Source of the DNA: Bugula neritina
Taxonomy: Eukaryota > Animalia > Bryozoa
NCBI GenBank assembly: GCA_964035545.1
Contig: CAXIUT010000092.1
Coordinates: 1-35,057, forward strand
Length of the DNA: 35,057 nucleotides
Direction of reading: 5' to 3'
A model generated the notes under the pieces. It was not told the origin of the DNA. It ran no database searches and saw only the letters and a program-made list of their open reading frames with translations. This document shows positions 1 to 13,266 of this stretch, piece after piece. The first letter of the stretch is position 1. Each line of letters opens with the position of its first letter. A program made the position numbers and the translations under genes.

Positions 1-99
1 CCCAACCCCAACCCCAACCCCAACCCCAACCCCAACCCCAACCCCAACCCCAACCCCAACCCCAACCCCAACCCCAACCCCAACCCCAACCCCAACCCC
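1..99 (-). repeat. Left telomere, CCC(AACCCC)16
   Basis: Perfect C4A2 repeat at the contig start, same unit as the Tetrahymena telomere, followed by an AT-rich subtelomere. Confidence 0.97.
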
Positions 100-402
100 T
101 ATTTGTTTATTTAGATATAGTTAAATCGAATTAAATATCAATTCATTGAATTAGAATTAAAAATAATTTTGTTATCAACTTTAAATCTAGAGAGCTTAGT
201 TTAATATCAATTTTTTTTAATATTAAGTTTAGTTATTCATCGGGAAGATTCACTGAATTTTTCAGAACTGGGTTTCGAATGGCTTCTGTTTAATAATATT
301 TTTCTCTTGCTCTAGATTAATTGAGTTTATTAAAGTTGGTAGTCAAATGGGTATAAAGTTGAATTAGTATAGAGTTGATTTGTTTTGATTTATATTAATA
401 AG

Positions 403-2720
403 ATGGGAGCCTGTATGGGAACTAATGGTTCCAAATTGCCAAATTAGGCAATGTAAAGAATCAAAGCCATATGTAAAAGCGATATAATCAAGTGTCTTAA
501 GATTAAATAACCATTCTCCACCTGATGTACGAAGACATCTCCTAACGAATCACAGATCACATGATCAGTCTCTAAAACTTCCTACTCTTCTTTCATAAGA
601 ATGGGTATTGGGGAGAACGACTCTTCCAGGAGTTCGATTATGACCAGTCTAAACTCATCTCTGAACAAGAGTTTATTCGAGGTATAGGTAACTCCCATTT
701 CATGCAGCCAAAATTTTTAAATCCACATAAAAATAAAAAATCAGCCTCCTCTTCAAGTTTTTTTCACATGTAGGTCAAGATAAAAGCTAAGGTATCTAGT
801 TCCATAACTTCCTCACAATGGTATTTCTTTCTAATTCAGCTTTACAACTACCCGAAAGAAGATCTTAGACAAATTCTCAATGATAAAGACTTTATCGAGT
901 CAGATCTCAAAAAATGTCTAGTTCCAGTAGAAGCTAAGAAGTCTGGAAAGTCTGGAGAAGATAACCCTTGCTATTCTCTTGAAAGTAATACTAATGTGAG
1001 ACAATACTTGCCTTCTCATAACAGCAGTAACAGCATAAAAGAGCGTTTACAGAATAAATTTCCTCCAAATAACTCTTTCAAAGAAGACAAAATAGAAGAA
1101 GGACAAGAAGCAAGCATGATTGGTCAAGAAATAGCCAAAGTTCTTAGAAGAAAACAAGGACCTAAAAGCGATAAAGTCATTCAGTTAAAATACGATGACA
1201 AAGTTCTTGATATCAGAACAATTAACATTCAGCAGCTAGTTAAAAGATTTGCAACAAAGATATTCAGAGAAGCAAAAATCGATACTAAGACAGGTAGGTA
1301 TTTATTATTTTATAAAGATTGAATGCCAAACAGTTCTACAATTGGATTTGTACTCATAAAGCACTTTATGAAAACTATTATGATGGATTTCATAACCAGG
1401 TTTGGGAAACTGATCCTCGCAGCAAAAAGCCTAAATACCTAAGCATAACTTGTGAAAAAGTATCAGATGCAAAAACCATCTATAAATAAAAATATATTGA
1501 GGTTAAAATGTTCCTCTATCATTCCATACTTACAATCACAGAAATTGATAATATTGATAAACCTATCCAAGTTATTTGTCTCTAAGGATTAGCAGCCAAA
1601 AGGATCTTTGATTCATAAAAGAATTATGGAGTCGAGATCAGTCATCGAGAAGGACACTACTCTTAAAAGAAGTTTTTCTTCAAAAATTAACAAATTTTAG
1701 CAGAATGGATGGACCATCTCAAATTTTTCAATGGATAGTCAGTACAAAATCGATATGATATCGGGTAGAAGATAGGAACAGGTAAATTTTCAGTAGTTTA
1801 CCGTTGTGAATGTTTATAAGACAAGCAAGAATACGCATTAAAGGAGATTCCCACATTTAAGTTATAGCCATAAGCAAAAAATTTAATAGCGTACAGTTCA
1901 CTCATTCAGACATGAAAGCAGCATAATGCAGATCGTTTCTCATCCTCTTCTTCTTGAATTCAAAGAAAGCATTCAAACAAAAACTCACATCTACATCATC
2001 ATGGAACTAGTTAAAGGAAAAGATCTATTCGAGTTCGTCAAAGACTATGGATACCTTGATGAATACGATGCTGCCAAAATATGTCAACAGATCATCGTAG
2101 GAATCAGATTTCTACATTCCTTTGAAATAGTACATCGAGATCTTAAACCTTAAAACATCATGGTAGTTATTTTATTATTGAGGTGGTCCTTGATAAAGAA
2201 AGCAAATAAGTATAAAATATTAAAATCATCGATTTCGGGTTTAGCAATTATCTTCATAAATTGCTTTAAAAGAAAGGAGGATCAGAAGATTAAGATGATG
2301 GTATATTCTAATATATTTAGATTTACTGGCAGGGACTCCTAACTATATTGCTCCTGAAGTCTTGAGATAAGAACCTTTTGGTTTTGAAATTGATAACTTT
2401 GCCATTGGTGTCATTCTCTACTTCATGTAATCTTTATTTAAATCAGGCTCACAGGAGAATTGCCCTTTAACAGCTATACTATCACTGAAATTCTTCAAAA
2501 TACAATGAGCGGTAACTATACATTTGGAAATAGCGTAGTGATATCAAATGAGGCTAAAGATCTTATAAGTCAACTTATAAAAAACAATCCCAAGGAAAGG
2601 ATTAGTCTTGAACATGCTTTATAGCACAAATGGTTTAAAATATTAAACAATCCAAGGAAAACAACAAGAAAATCAATGATTCAAAGAGTAAGTACTAGAT
2701 AATATGACTTCCTGAGATGA
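403..2720 (+). CDS. Myristoylated EF-hand + PH + Ser/Thr kinase (CDPK7-like architecture)
   Basis: MGACMG start, EF-hand-like region, PH-like ICL[TAA]GL...EWM, kinase motifs GTGKFSVV, HRDLKP[TAA]NI, DFG, GTPNYIAPE. Eight introns (473-492, 688-707, 821-839, 1298-1317, 1891-1909, 2163-2182, 2301-2320, 2427-2446) give 720 codons ending in TGA. Confidence 0.9.
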
Positions 2721-2759
2721 TCAAATTGACATAATATTTAACAATTATTATTAACACGT

Positions 2760-3466
2760 ATGAAAAAAACATTTATCATAGCGTTGCTTGTCATTCTTTG
2801 TCTATCAATGGATCACTTTGGTACCGAATCTTATCACTTAGATAGTTCAGTTAAAGTAACCTATGGAAGTCTTGTTAAAATTACTAATCCTGCCTCACGT
2901 CTTATGTATTTATTGATTCATTCAGAGTTCATTCTCATGAAGTTATGTTTGGCAGAGGTGGAGTCATGTCTGTGACAGGATATCCTATCGATGATTTAGG
3001 TTCTTATTGGCAAATCAGTCAACCATATAAAACCACAACTAAAACCTACACTGATTCAGTTAGATGTGGAGACAGAATAACTATATCAAGTGTGATTATT
3101 GGTTACTTCTTGAGAGTAGAAGAGACACAGTTTGGATTAACAACCTAACTCTTACCCATGGTCCATGGTAAATCTAAAGATAACCTTGATTAAAAAATAA
3201 ACTGGCAAATTCAATGTTTTTAGAAAGAATAAGGTCTATAAATGAACTACAACGATAAAATAAAACTAAAACATTAGAATACAGGAAAATATGCTTCTCT
3301 AGATCAAGCTTATGCCTATACATAGGCTAATTGTGGAAGAGGATGTTCTATTGCCGGGCAAATTTAGTTACATGCAATTGATAATCCTGATGAAAATACT
3401 GCAGTATTCCAAATTAAATCAGGAATGGCCTTTGATTCTGATTTTGTGAACCAAAAGATCGAGTGA
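2760..3466 (+). CDS. SDF2: SDF2-like secreted MIR-domain protein
   Basis: Signal peptide, VTYGSLVKI, HSHEV.FG, SVTG, SYW, CGD.I, IAGQI[TAG]L. One intron 2906-2925; 229 codons. Confidence 0.75.
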
Positions 3467-3629
3467 TTGGTTTATATGCATTATAAAGACACTTTTCTGG
3501 TATTATAACAAGTAATTTTCCTATTAAAATCATAGATGTTCCTTTTGATTTAGTAGATAAAATATTCTATTGTGGAAGATGAGTAAAATAGAAACCCTCA
3601 AGCAAAAATACATATAAGATTCAGATAAA

Positions 3630-4547
3630 ATGGCCACCAAATCTCGTTTTGGATTCTTCACTCTCCCTCCTTCTCATACAGCAGCACATCCAGACTTCTT
3701 ACCCATCACTCGTAAACTCTTCTTTATTCAGCTAAAAAAGGTTAAGATGGAAGAGTTATTACAAACCCTCCTAACATTTATTCAGGAACTACCTCTAAAG
3801 CAGTCATCCAAAAGAACTACTTTTCATACACTCCATCACCATTCCATGGCTCAGCCTATTAAGATCCAGGAAAAAATGATAGAAAACTATAAATGGAATT
3901 GAACAAAGTAGCTTAAGGTAAAGATCGTTTTAAACCTGTAAAACTAAACAAATCTTTGTATTTATACTCTTAAATAGAATGTCTTCTTCATATGCCTATA
4001 TGACTCCTCACGACCCGAAAAATGATCATAAAAACTATCGAGATGCTGATGGTAAAGTTATAGTTCAACAACCTAACGTTCTTATTAGTCCTCAGTCAAA
4101 AATAACTTATCTTCAATCGAAAAAATTCAAGTATGAAGAGTGTCCTCCTCCATAAAAAAAACTAAAACAAGATAAAAATTCTGAAACTGCATAATAACCA
4201 TTTAGAACAGGTAATCCTCAAAAACATGTGTTTTCAAATGATAAAAATACTTACTTTGATTCTGATATAAAGAAATAAGAGAAGAAATAAAGTCTAACCA
4301 GATCAGTTTCTCATGAAGGTCCTTTTAAACCAAGTTGTAGTTCAAAGAGAAAACCTTTTGCTCCAGTTGTTTATGTCGAAGAAGGTGAAGGGAAAAAGAA
4401 AGTGAAGGAAGTTTCTAAATAAAAATCTTCAAACTAAGTATTCAAGTATTTTTATAGATATATAGGTTATCTAAAATTGAGCATAACTCAAAACCTTGTC
4501 CTTCAATATCCTTAACAAAAGTAAATCTATTAAGAGTATGTCGATGA
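3630..4547 (+). CDS. CFAP96: CFAP96/C4orf47 (DUF4586)-like ciliary protein
   Basis: RFGFF start, repeated DG(R/K)VI..PN, HEGPFKP, C-terminal PCPSI...NL. Introns 3712-3731, 3958-3977, 4446-4465; 286 codons. Confidence 0.65.
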
Positions 4548-4609
4548 TTATAAATACTACTACTAAACAATTTTATATTTATTTTAAAAGAAGAATTTTA
4601 ATTTAAGAA

Positions 4610-6139
4610 TCATGATAAAGTAACTTTAAAATAAAGAATTGCTGTTTTCTTTTCTTTATTTCCTATAATACACTTAATATTATGAGTTTATAACAAATTT
4701 ATTGTCCCTTCTCCAACCTAACTATCAGGTCGAAAAATGCCTCCTTTCTCTACTACGACCAAATCAATCTGAGTAACGTCTTCCTTTGTTGCTAAACTGA
4801 AAGATTATCTCCATTAATACTTTTTCATGGATGTTTCAAATGTTTTCCCTCCATATAATAGCTTAATTTTAGCAGTCTATTTTTTATTGTATGATTGAAT
4901 ATCTTCCAAAGACACGATCTCAATATTTATTGTTTTAAATTTTGAAAATTATTAAATAGTTATCTATCTAGGTTCACTTAGTTTAGAACCAAAGGATGCA
5001 ACTGATTTATTAGATTTAGCATCTTGAAGAGTTTATGGAGATCCTAACTTTGTTATTTCGTTTATGGCTTTTTAGATTTAATCTGTTAAAAAATTACCAT
5101 GATCTGAATCATCTAAATCTTCTTCTTGATTTTTTGTCAAAGAAACTTTTCCACCTTCTTTTTAAATCTCTTTCTATAATTAATATATCTTTTAATCCAG
5201 ATTTTTTGAATTCTCATCTTCGAAAATTTATTTATAGTCATTATCTTGTTTATTTTAAAAAGGTTTTTTTCTAAACTGTAGTTCTTATTTCTTTATTGTT
5301 ATAGTTTGACTACTTCCATCTTCTTCTTGTCTATCACTTAAAAGTAACTCATCTTCTTCTTTTTTTTAGATCTTACTTTGAATACCACTTAAAGGCAATT
5401 TACTTACTAACTATCCTTGTTCGATGGATTTTGTAAGACAGTTTTTCTATTTTCCTTTCATCAATAACTCTTTAAACTATCTAATTTCTTCTTATAATTT
5501 TTAAGGGATATCTGAAGTTAGTTACTAAAAGTGATCGTTATCTACTAGTTCAGAAATAGCGAATACTAAGCTATTTTTCAAAGAGAGATATTTTGCTAAA
5601 TCAGCTTAAAACTATTTCATTTTGTTTTGCTTTCGATAAAATAGAGCTCTTTACTGATAAATCTCTATTAAGTTTGGATCATACTCAATCGCAGCTTCAT
5701 AATCATTTTAAATCAATTTATTATTTTTACCCTGATTCAATTTAGCTCTGGCCAGATATGCTTTTGAGTTCTGCTCACAATATTGAATCGATTTATTGAT
5801 AAATTTAAGGTTTTGTTACTGATAACCTCTAAGTAAATACAAACATGATAGAGCTTTATGCAATTACTTTCTAGACTAAAAATAGTTTTTGTTACTAAAA
5901 TAACATAAGAAACGATTAAAATAAGCGATATAGCAATAAGGATCTAATCCAATAGCCTGCACACAATAACTTAGACCCATCTATATGTTGCCCAGTTGCA
6001 AGTAAAGAGCTGAAATATTGGATGCCAAACTGTAAGTTAGACCAGCTGCAGCTATCTAAGTCTATATCATCTGAATGCTCTCAGTTACTCGACCTTCCTG
6101 ACTCCTTTTAGCAACCTATCCCAATACAGAATTAATCAT
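4610..6139 (-). CDS. TPR-repeat protein with probable C-terminal C2 domain
   Basis: 510-codon open frame under code 30. TPR-like helices (QAIGLDPYCYIAYFNR, SKAYLARA, YEAAIEYDP); C2-like end (IDLVVVEKGGIFRPDSEVGEGTINL). Start codon uncertain. Confidence 0.6.
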
Positions 6140-6235
6140 TACCTTTATATCATACTGTATCAGCAAATCATATGTTAAATGGCAAATATTAAAAATGTTT
6201 AGAATTACATTAAATATTGATATAAAGCGTATGGA

Positions 6236-7173
6236 TCAAAGTTCTGTTGCAAACTACTCTCCATCAGTCACATCAATTTCTTCATCTTGTCTGGCCAGCT
6301 CTATATTTTCTTCATCAACATTTCCAAAGGCTAATGATTTAGAATACTGTCCAAATCTCCTTCCTCCCTTTCTGTTGAGAATATCCTTAAGCCATTCCTC
6401 GAAATTCTCTTCAGTGAAGGATGATTTCATCACAGAAAAAACTCTTCTTTGAGGATTTATCAAAAGAACTGCAGGAAAACCTGAATAAAGAGAAAATTGA
6501 TCTTGTAGTTCCGTATGATCTCCAGCTTGTGACCAAAGGAAACTCACTGGCTTATCTCTGAAGTTATTTACAACTCCCTTTATAATTTCAAGATAAACAG
6601 TTCTTTCTTCTTAAGAACTGTCTAAAATGTTAGGAAGAAAAGCAATGACACATAAAGGAATATTCAAAGAGGCACAATTTTCGTTCCATTTTTCTTCATT
6701 AGTCAGTCTTTAGACCAAAAATCCTTTGTTCTGATTAATCTTTTACAAAGCCCATTCTTCAAGACTATCAGCAGTTCGAGCTCCGTCATGAGTGTAATAA
6801 ATGGTCTTGTCTTTAGGACCTACATCATTTTTAAATTACCTGCTGGAATCAAAACAATGGTGGGATATCCTTTCAAACCATAAACTTGATCAAACTTTCT
6901 GTGGATAGAAGAGTCAACTTTAGCAACCTTAGCTATTCCTTTAAGGTTAGTAGCCAGCTTTGCCCATTCAGGTCTCAATGATTTACAGTGTCCGCACCAA
7001 GGAGCGTATAATTCTAGAAGCCAAGTATCTTCTGATTCATAGATAGTAGGTTCGAGAGTATCAGCATCAAGGACAACAACATCTTCTTCAGAAGGACCTC
7101 TGTAAGTTTCTTCCTCACATACAGAAATAGCCAAGAGAAGTGCCAGAAGAACGATCTTTGACAACTTTGACAT
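6236..7173 (-). CDS. PDIA6: Protein disulfide isomerase, PDIA6/P5-like
   Basis: Signal peptide, YAPWCGHCK, GYPTI, P5-type LCVIAFLPNILDS, C-terminal ATEL (KDEL-like) then TGA. Intron 6820-6839; 306 codons. Confidence 0.85.
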
Positions 7174-7264
7174 CAATATTTATCTTATACGTGTATATGT
7201 TAATTAAATATCTAAATTCATACTGCTCATTAAATATCAATTCTTTATATAACTCATTTAAGAA

Positions 7265-8044
7265 TCATTTTCTAATCTATTACTTTTTATAATTTTCTTA
7301 AAAACCCACATACTTCAGGTCCTCTTCTTCCATTCCTGAAAATTTAGATTGTTTTTCAAATTCTTGCTCTTCCTACCAGACCTCATGTTCTATTGATACT
7401 TTTTTTTGTTTCTAACGAGGTTATCCAACTGAATCATAGTCTTTCACAGGCTCAAGAGGGACTCTGTTAACACTCGAGCATTTGGGACATTTTATAAACT
7501 CACTTATCCCGAAACCAAATCCAACTTTCGATCGGCAACATCCACAAATAACTATTCCATAGAGAGGATAACACTCATTCATATTTTCACAAGATCCACA
7601 TATATACACTTGAGTATTTCCAGGAACTTTTTGAGCAACTGTACAATAATCACAAGTAACCTCCCTATGTATATAATCCGATACATCATTGGCAAACTAG
7701 GCGGTTCTATATTTTTATGTTTAGATCCTTATTTATGGTGATCATAAACTTTTGGTATATTTTTAGATTAATTCTGGCTATTTATTTAGATTTGTACTTT
7801 TTGTTGTTTTTAAACTGGTTATATTTATCATTTTTGTTTGATGGAAACAGTTAAGAGTCACGAATAAATTCCTAATGTTCTGGTTATCTGTATTACATTC
7901 CTTCTAAATGAAATAAAAACTACACATCACAGCTAGCTTTCTAGATAGATTTTGATTTTTAGGATCATTAAGGTCATCCATTTCAATCCATTGTTATTAT
8001 ACTTTTTCATACTACTTTTTCTTTCTCTTATCCTACTTAAACAT
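7265..8044 (-). CDS. Zinc-ribbon protein with four CxxC pairs (LSD1-type-like)
   Basis: CDYC...CGSC...CGCC...CPKC. Three 20-nt introns (7904-7923, 7778-7797, 7665-7684) give 240 codons. Confidence 0.65.
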
Positions 8045-8195
8045 TGCTATTATTATAAAATAAAAAAACATAAAAATCACAAAAATTTTAGTCGAAAAAT
8101 ATCGCTTTGAAATAAAATGATTCTAGTAAACCATTTTGAATCATTTAAAAATCATATTTAAAAATGTCTTATTAGTTCTAATAAATAACAATGAA

Positions 8196-8810
8196 TCAGC
8201 AATTACATTTTTTGTGTCCATTATCTCCTCTAGGTAAAGGAACTCTTCCCTTATCTTCCATAGGCTCGTTGGCTAATCTGTCTTTGATCACTCTTCCTAT
8301 TGTTGTAAAAGTTTAGGAGATATTTGTGTTTGTTTTTGCACTTGTCTAGAGGAAAGGCATATCATATCTCTCTGCTAAAGTTTTTCCCTCTTCGAAAGTC
8401 ACTTCTCTTTGGTTGGGACAGTCACTTTTATTTCCTATTAGAATTTTGGGAACATTTGAAGGTTGACTTTCTGAGATCTGTCTGATCCAGTTTTAGACGT
8501 TATCGAAGGTTTTCTTGTCTGTAATAGAGTAGACAAATATAATCCCTGAAGCTCCTCTATAGTATATTTAAGTAATATTTCTGAATTTTTACTGTCCAGC
8601 TGTATCCCAGATTTGCATTTTGATTTTAGTGTTATCAACTTTGATCGTTTTTATTTTGAAGTCAACTCCAATGGTTGAAACATGGGTCATTTTATACTAA
8701 TCATTGATAAATCTTAGTAAAACATTGGTCTTTCCCACAGCTGAGTCACCTAGGATGACCAACTTGACAAGATAGTCGAATTTTTAATCTACTTTAGTTG
8801 GTTGTTTCAT
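8196..8810 (-). CDS. Rab GTPase (Rab1/Rab8-like)
   Basis: [20 protein letters not shown][TAA], GNKSD, FL[TAG]TSAK, C-terminal CNC prenylation motif. Intronless, 205 codons. Confidence 0.95.
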
Positions 8811-8941
8811 GCTACAAGTAAACTATCAGATTTAATTAATAATAGAAAAAGTATAATATTATAGATAAATAAGAAAATACAAGTAATAAACAAAATAAGG
8901 ATTAATAATATAAGAATATAGTAGTAAAGTAGTATGAAAGA

Positions 8942-10272
8942 TCAATCCATCATAAAAGATGAATTCATATTTGAATTCCATTATCCGAAAGAATCTTATA
9001 GTTTATCATCATAACTCCCATAACTACCATTTGATTGTCTTCCATATTTATCTTCTTCAATACTATACTATTGATTTTATTCTTCAGTTTATTCCTAATT
9101 TGTTTTATTATCAGTTCTAATAAAAGGATTTTTTGTCCTTTTTGCTATCTTATCAAGGTTTTATGATAATATTTAAAGATCTTAGTCGTTCTTAATAAAG
9201 AAACAAATTGCTATATTAGGATCTAGATCTTCTTGTTCCATTAATCGGTAGTCTTTACAGTAAAATTTATTCATTTCTTGTTGCAAATTTATTTTTTAGA
9301 CTTAGTTTTATACGTGATGTGGATCTAGATAAGTTATTTTATTTCCATTTCTACCTGTTAAGAAACGTGCTTTTTTTGGGATTCCTCCAAAACATCCCAA
9401 AAACATAGGAAGAGTCATCAACTATAGCAAAATGTCGTAGTTACTATCAGATACCTTTTATTATCCAAGTTTTCCTGTAACTATCAGCAAGACGTTATTT
9501 TGACTTGATTTTTGATATTTAGATTGTGTCAGTCCAAAGGCTTTATTCTTTAGAAAGGTAAAAGATTTATTTGAACTTTCTTTGAACTTTTCTATACTGT
9601 ATTATTGATGGAGAAGAGATGATACTATGTGTGGGTTGATGTTTTCATGAAATATTTTAAGTTTGAGGTGTTATGAGCCTTTAAGAGGATTTTAGTGATG
9701 AAGTTCTTGAAGGATCATGGCGATTTATGTGATTGAGAACCAGTTTCCAGGTTATTTGAGATAGAGAGTACTAGCCATGTGTACGAATCTGGAAATGGTA
9801 TATTTAGAATTCATTTATGACTCTAAGAAAGGAGTGATAATATAGCTATTATCTGTGTTGCAGTTATTGTTTTTAAAATATCGTTTGAGAGCTGATGCCA
9901 TAATCATTTGAGCTACTCTTATCATGCATCCCCATCCTATATCTGAATTCACATTTAAACTTATTTTGCAATTCTTTCGATATGTAAACCAGAAGATAGA
10001 TTGATGGTATTTAAGGCACTATTCGATTGTTTTGAATTTGAGACCGTTGATATAGAGTTATGTAGGCTCTGGTTCTTTTTTAGTGGGACTTTTGGTGAAG
10101 AAGGGAAGTTTTATTCCTTGGAAGCCGTAAGAAATATTGGTACTATGTGAGATAGGAAGTACATGTAACCTTTAAATGACTCAACTACTCCTGATTTAGA
10201 GTTAGAACTTTGCTTTTTAAGGTTGCTGGTTGATCTTGGTGCTTTTTACTTTATTTGACTTGATTTTTACAT
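8942..10272 (-). CDS. ATG4: Atg4 cysteine protease (peptidase C54)
   Basis: WFTYRK, SDIGWGCMIR (catalytic Cys), GGIPKKA, YLDPH, LDPNIAICF. Intron 10143-10162; 437 codons. Confidence 0.92.
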
Positions 10273-10443
10273 CTGGTATATAATCTATTATTAATCATTC
10301 AAAAGAAGTATTTTAATCATTAAAAACCCATCTAATAGAATCTGGCAACTCAAAAAACTATCTCTCATAGATAAATAAATAGATAATATTTTTATGAATT
10401 TATAGTATTAAAAGATAGAAATAATAAAAGAATTATGATTTAT

Positions 10444-11421
10444 TCAGCTTTGTTTGGTAATATTTTATTTTTTTGGTTTTAAAGTCTTCATAAAAATTGA
10501 ACGGTAGGCTTCTTCTGCTGGTTCCTTTTTTCCTGATTTTGTACTATTAAAATTACCCAAACCATTCATATTTTGAGTACTGGTTTGTTGAAAATTCAAG
10601 CTATTATTATTAGTTCCTAGAAAATTACCTTGATTCGACATGAGATGTTTTTGTGGATGATAGATGGTTTCAGTTTTAAGCTTATGGGTATCATTTTTTA
10701 TTTTAGTTTGTTATCCTCTTTCAATGACCATATTAGCAAACATAGTTTTTATTTATTAAGCTTTTTTCATCATATCTACTTCTCGCATTTGACTTTCTCT
10801 TTCTAGACCTGTATACTTTTATAGTATACTATTATTTTTAATTTCAAGTTTTTAGTAGTTATCATTAGCTATGAGAATTAGATCTTTAAGATATCCATTT
10901 TATAGTCTAAGAGCTTTTACTTATGCCTCTATCATTTATCTTCTGTTTACTTCTACTTATAGTTTTGATGAATTTTCATTAATAAATCCTATTTTTTCTT
11001 ATAGATTTTTATTTCTTTCTTATTCTGAAGTAACTAAAAAATTGAATGCATTTATTAGTTGTCTGTTCTTTGTACGTTATTTTTATAATTCACAGGCAAT
11101 TTCTAAATTTCTTTCTTATAAACTATAAGAGTAAGCTTGAATTTCTTTAAGCATTTTTTACATTTGCTTTTCTCTTATTGTAATATCACAACAAATGTTT
11201 TCTTTATTCTTTACATCAAAAGTTTGTTTTTCTTTGATGGTAAAGTCTGGATGTGTCTGTTGAGGTTTAGAGTCTGATTCACAGGAGTCTGTTCGAATAA
11301 GGTTTTCTGATAGTTGTAGGAGTGAAATGGGAGATGCTTAATGGTTCTTTTCTTCTAGACAGATAGGAAGAGATGTTTAAATAGATTGTTAAGAAGATTC
11401 CTCTTCGAATGGATTGAACAT
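10444..11421 (-). CDS. Coiled-coil protein of unknown function
   Basis: 326-codon ATG-to-TGA frame, E/K-rich heptads. Confidence 0.6.
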
Positions 11422-11537
11422 TAACGATTATAATATGATAAACTAAATCATAGTCTTTAAAAACAGTTTTTATGATTTTTTAATGTTATTGTGAGATGCT
11501 ATTAATGATAAATCCATTTTAAAAATATTTAAATTGA

Positions 11538-11606
11538 GGGGTTGGGGTTGGGGTTGGGGTTGGGGTTGGGGTTGGGGTTGGGGTTGGGGTTGGGGTTGGG
11601 GTTGGG
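11538..11606 (+). repeat. Right telomere of minichromosome 1, (GGGGTT)11GGG
   Basis: Perfect repeat after an AT-rich flank; abuts mid-CCT4 sequence. Confidence 0.95.
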
Positions 11607-11607
11607 C

Positions 11608-13203
11608 ATCAGAACCACCAATATTCAAGCTGCCAAAGGTAGTTCATCATCTATTCAGCTGTATCTGATTGCATCCGAACCAGTCTGGGACCTAGAGGAA
11701 TGGATAAAATGATCAAAGATAGTCGTGGATAAACTCTTATCACTAATGATGGGGCTACTATCCTTCAAAAGCTTGATGTGGTTCATCCCACAGCTAAAAT
11801 GGTAGTTCTTTCTTGATTTAGCTTGTTGAGATTTCTAAGGCTCAAGATATTGAAGCAGGTGATGGAACTACTTCCGTAGTTGTTTTGGCTGGAGCACTAT
11901 TAAAAGCTGCTGAATCTCTTCTAGACAGAGGAATTCATCCTAACATCATTTCAGAAGGTATAAAATGTTTAACTTAGGATTCCAAGCTGCTTTGGACAAA
12001 TCTCTAGATGTAATTAAAAATTCTCTTTCTTTACCAGTTGATATTGCCAATAGATAAACTTTGATTGAATGCGTGAAGACATCTTTGAGTTCAAAAGTAG
12101 TGTCTGCAAATAGCGAGTTACTTTCTCCTATGGCTGTTGATGCTATTTATAAGATTATTGACCCTAAAACAGCTGTTAATGTGGATCTTAGAGATATTAA
12201 GATGGTTAAAAAGCTTGGAGGAACTATTGATGATACTGAACTTATTGAAGGAATAGTTTTTGATAAATGTAAACCAAGTAGTGCTAATGGAGGACCTACT
12301 AAAATATAAAATGCTAAAATTGCTGTTGTTCAGTTCCAAATTTCAACTCCTAAAACTGATATTTAAAACAGTGTTATTGTCAAAGATTACCAGGCAATGG
12401 ATAGAATAATGAAAGAAGAAAGAAAAATCATAGCTGAGATGGTTAAGAAGATTGTTGCTTCTGGAGCCAATGTGTTGCTTATCCAAAAAAGTATATTAAA
12501 GGATGCAACTAATGAACTTTCTCTACATTTCTTGGCTAAGAAAGGTATTATGGTTGTTCAAGATATTGAAAGAGATTAAGTTGACTTCATTTGTCGATCA
12601 ATTAAAGCTATTCCTATTGCTCACATTGACCATATGTCATCTGATAAATTTGGACATGCTGCTCTTTGTGAACATGCTAAACTTTTAGATGATACTAAAG
12701 TCTTCAAAATTACTGGATTAAAATAATCTAAAACTATGTCTATTTTGATCAGAGGATCTAATCCACTTGTCATTGATTAAGCTGATAGATCTATTCATGA
12801 CGCTTTATGTGTGATTCGTTCTCTTATTAAAAGCAGAGGATTACTTACTGGAGGAGGTTCTGTTGAACTTTAAGTAGCTACTCGTCTACAAGAGTGCATT
12901 GCTTCAATGAAGGGTCTTGAAACTATTATTTTCAGAGCCTATGCTGAAGCTCTTTAAATCATTCCTTATACATTGGCTGAGAATGCTGGAATGAGCTCGA
13001 TTGATGTGGTGACTGAGCTAAGAAACAGACATGTAAAGGGTGAAAAATGGAGTGGAATTAGTGTAAAGAAAGGAAATATTGTGGATATGAAGTAAGAAAG
13101 AGTTCTTCAACCTACCTTAGTCACTGTAAGCGCTCTTACTTTGGCTACATAAGTTGTTAGAATGATTCTTAAGATTGATGATGTCGTTATGACCATCAGA
13201 TGA
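11608..13203 (+). CDS. CCT4: Chaperonin CCT delta subunit, 5'-truncated
   Basis: [60 protein letters not shown]. Introns 11639-11658, 11802-11821, 11958-11977. N-terminus replaced by the telomere junction. Confidence 0.96.
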
Positions 13204-13266
13204 TGTGGATAGTTGAACCTTATTAATTATGATATTATTGATATTATAAGATATACTTAATGAGAA

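Noticed and set aside
100-400. Conserved subtelomeric or chromosome-breakage motif
   Set aside because: The six ends share only AT richness by eye, no Tetrahymena-type Cbs was seen, and the sample is too small.
521-526. Apparent in-frame TGA suggesting readthrough or selenocysteine (also near 30707 and 34205)
   Set aside because: Each disappears once a consensus tiny intron is removed.
7707-7726. Possible non-canonical AT-AG intron in the zinc-finger gene
   Set aside because: A canonical 20-nt GTA...AG intron at 7665-7684 restores the frame.
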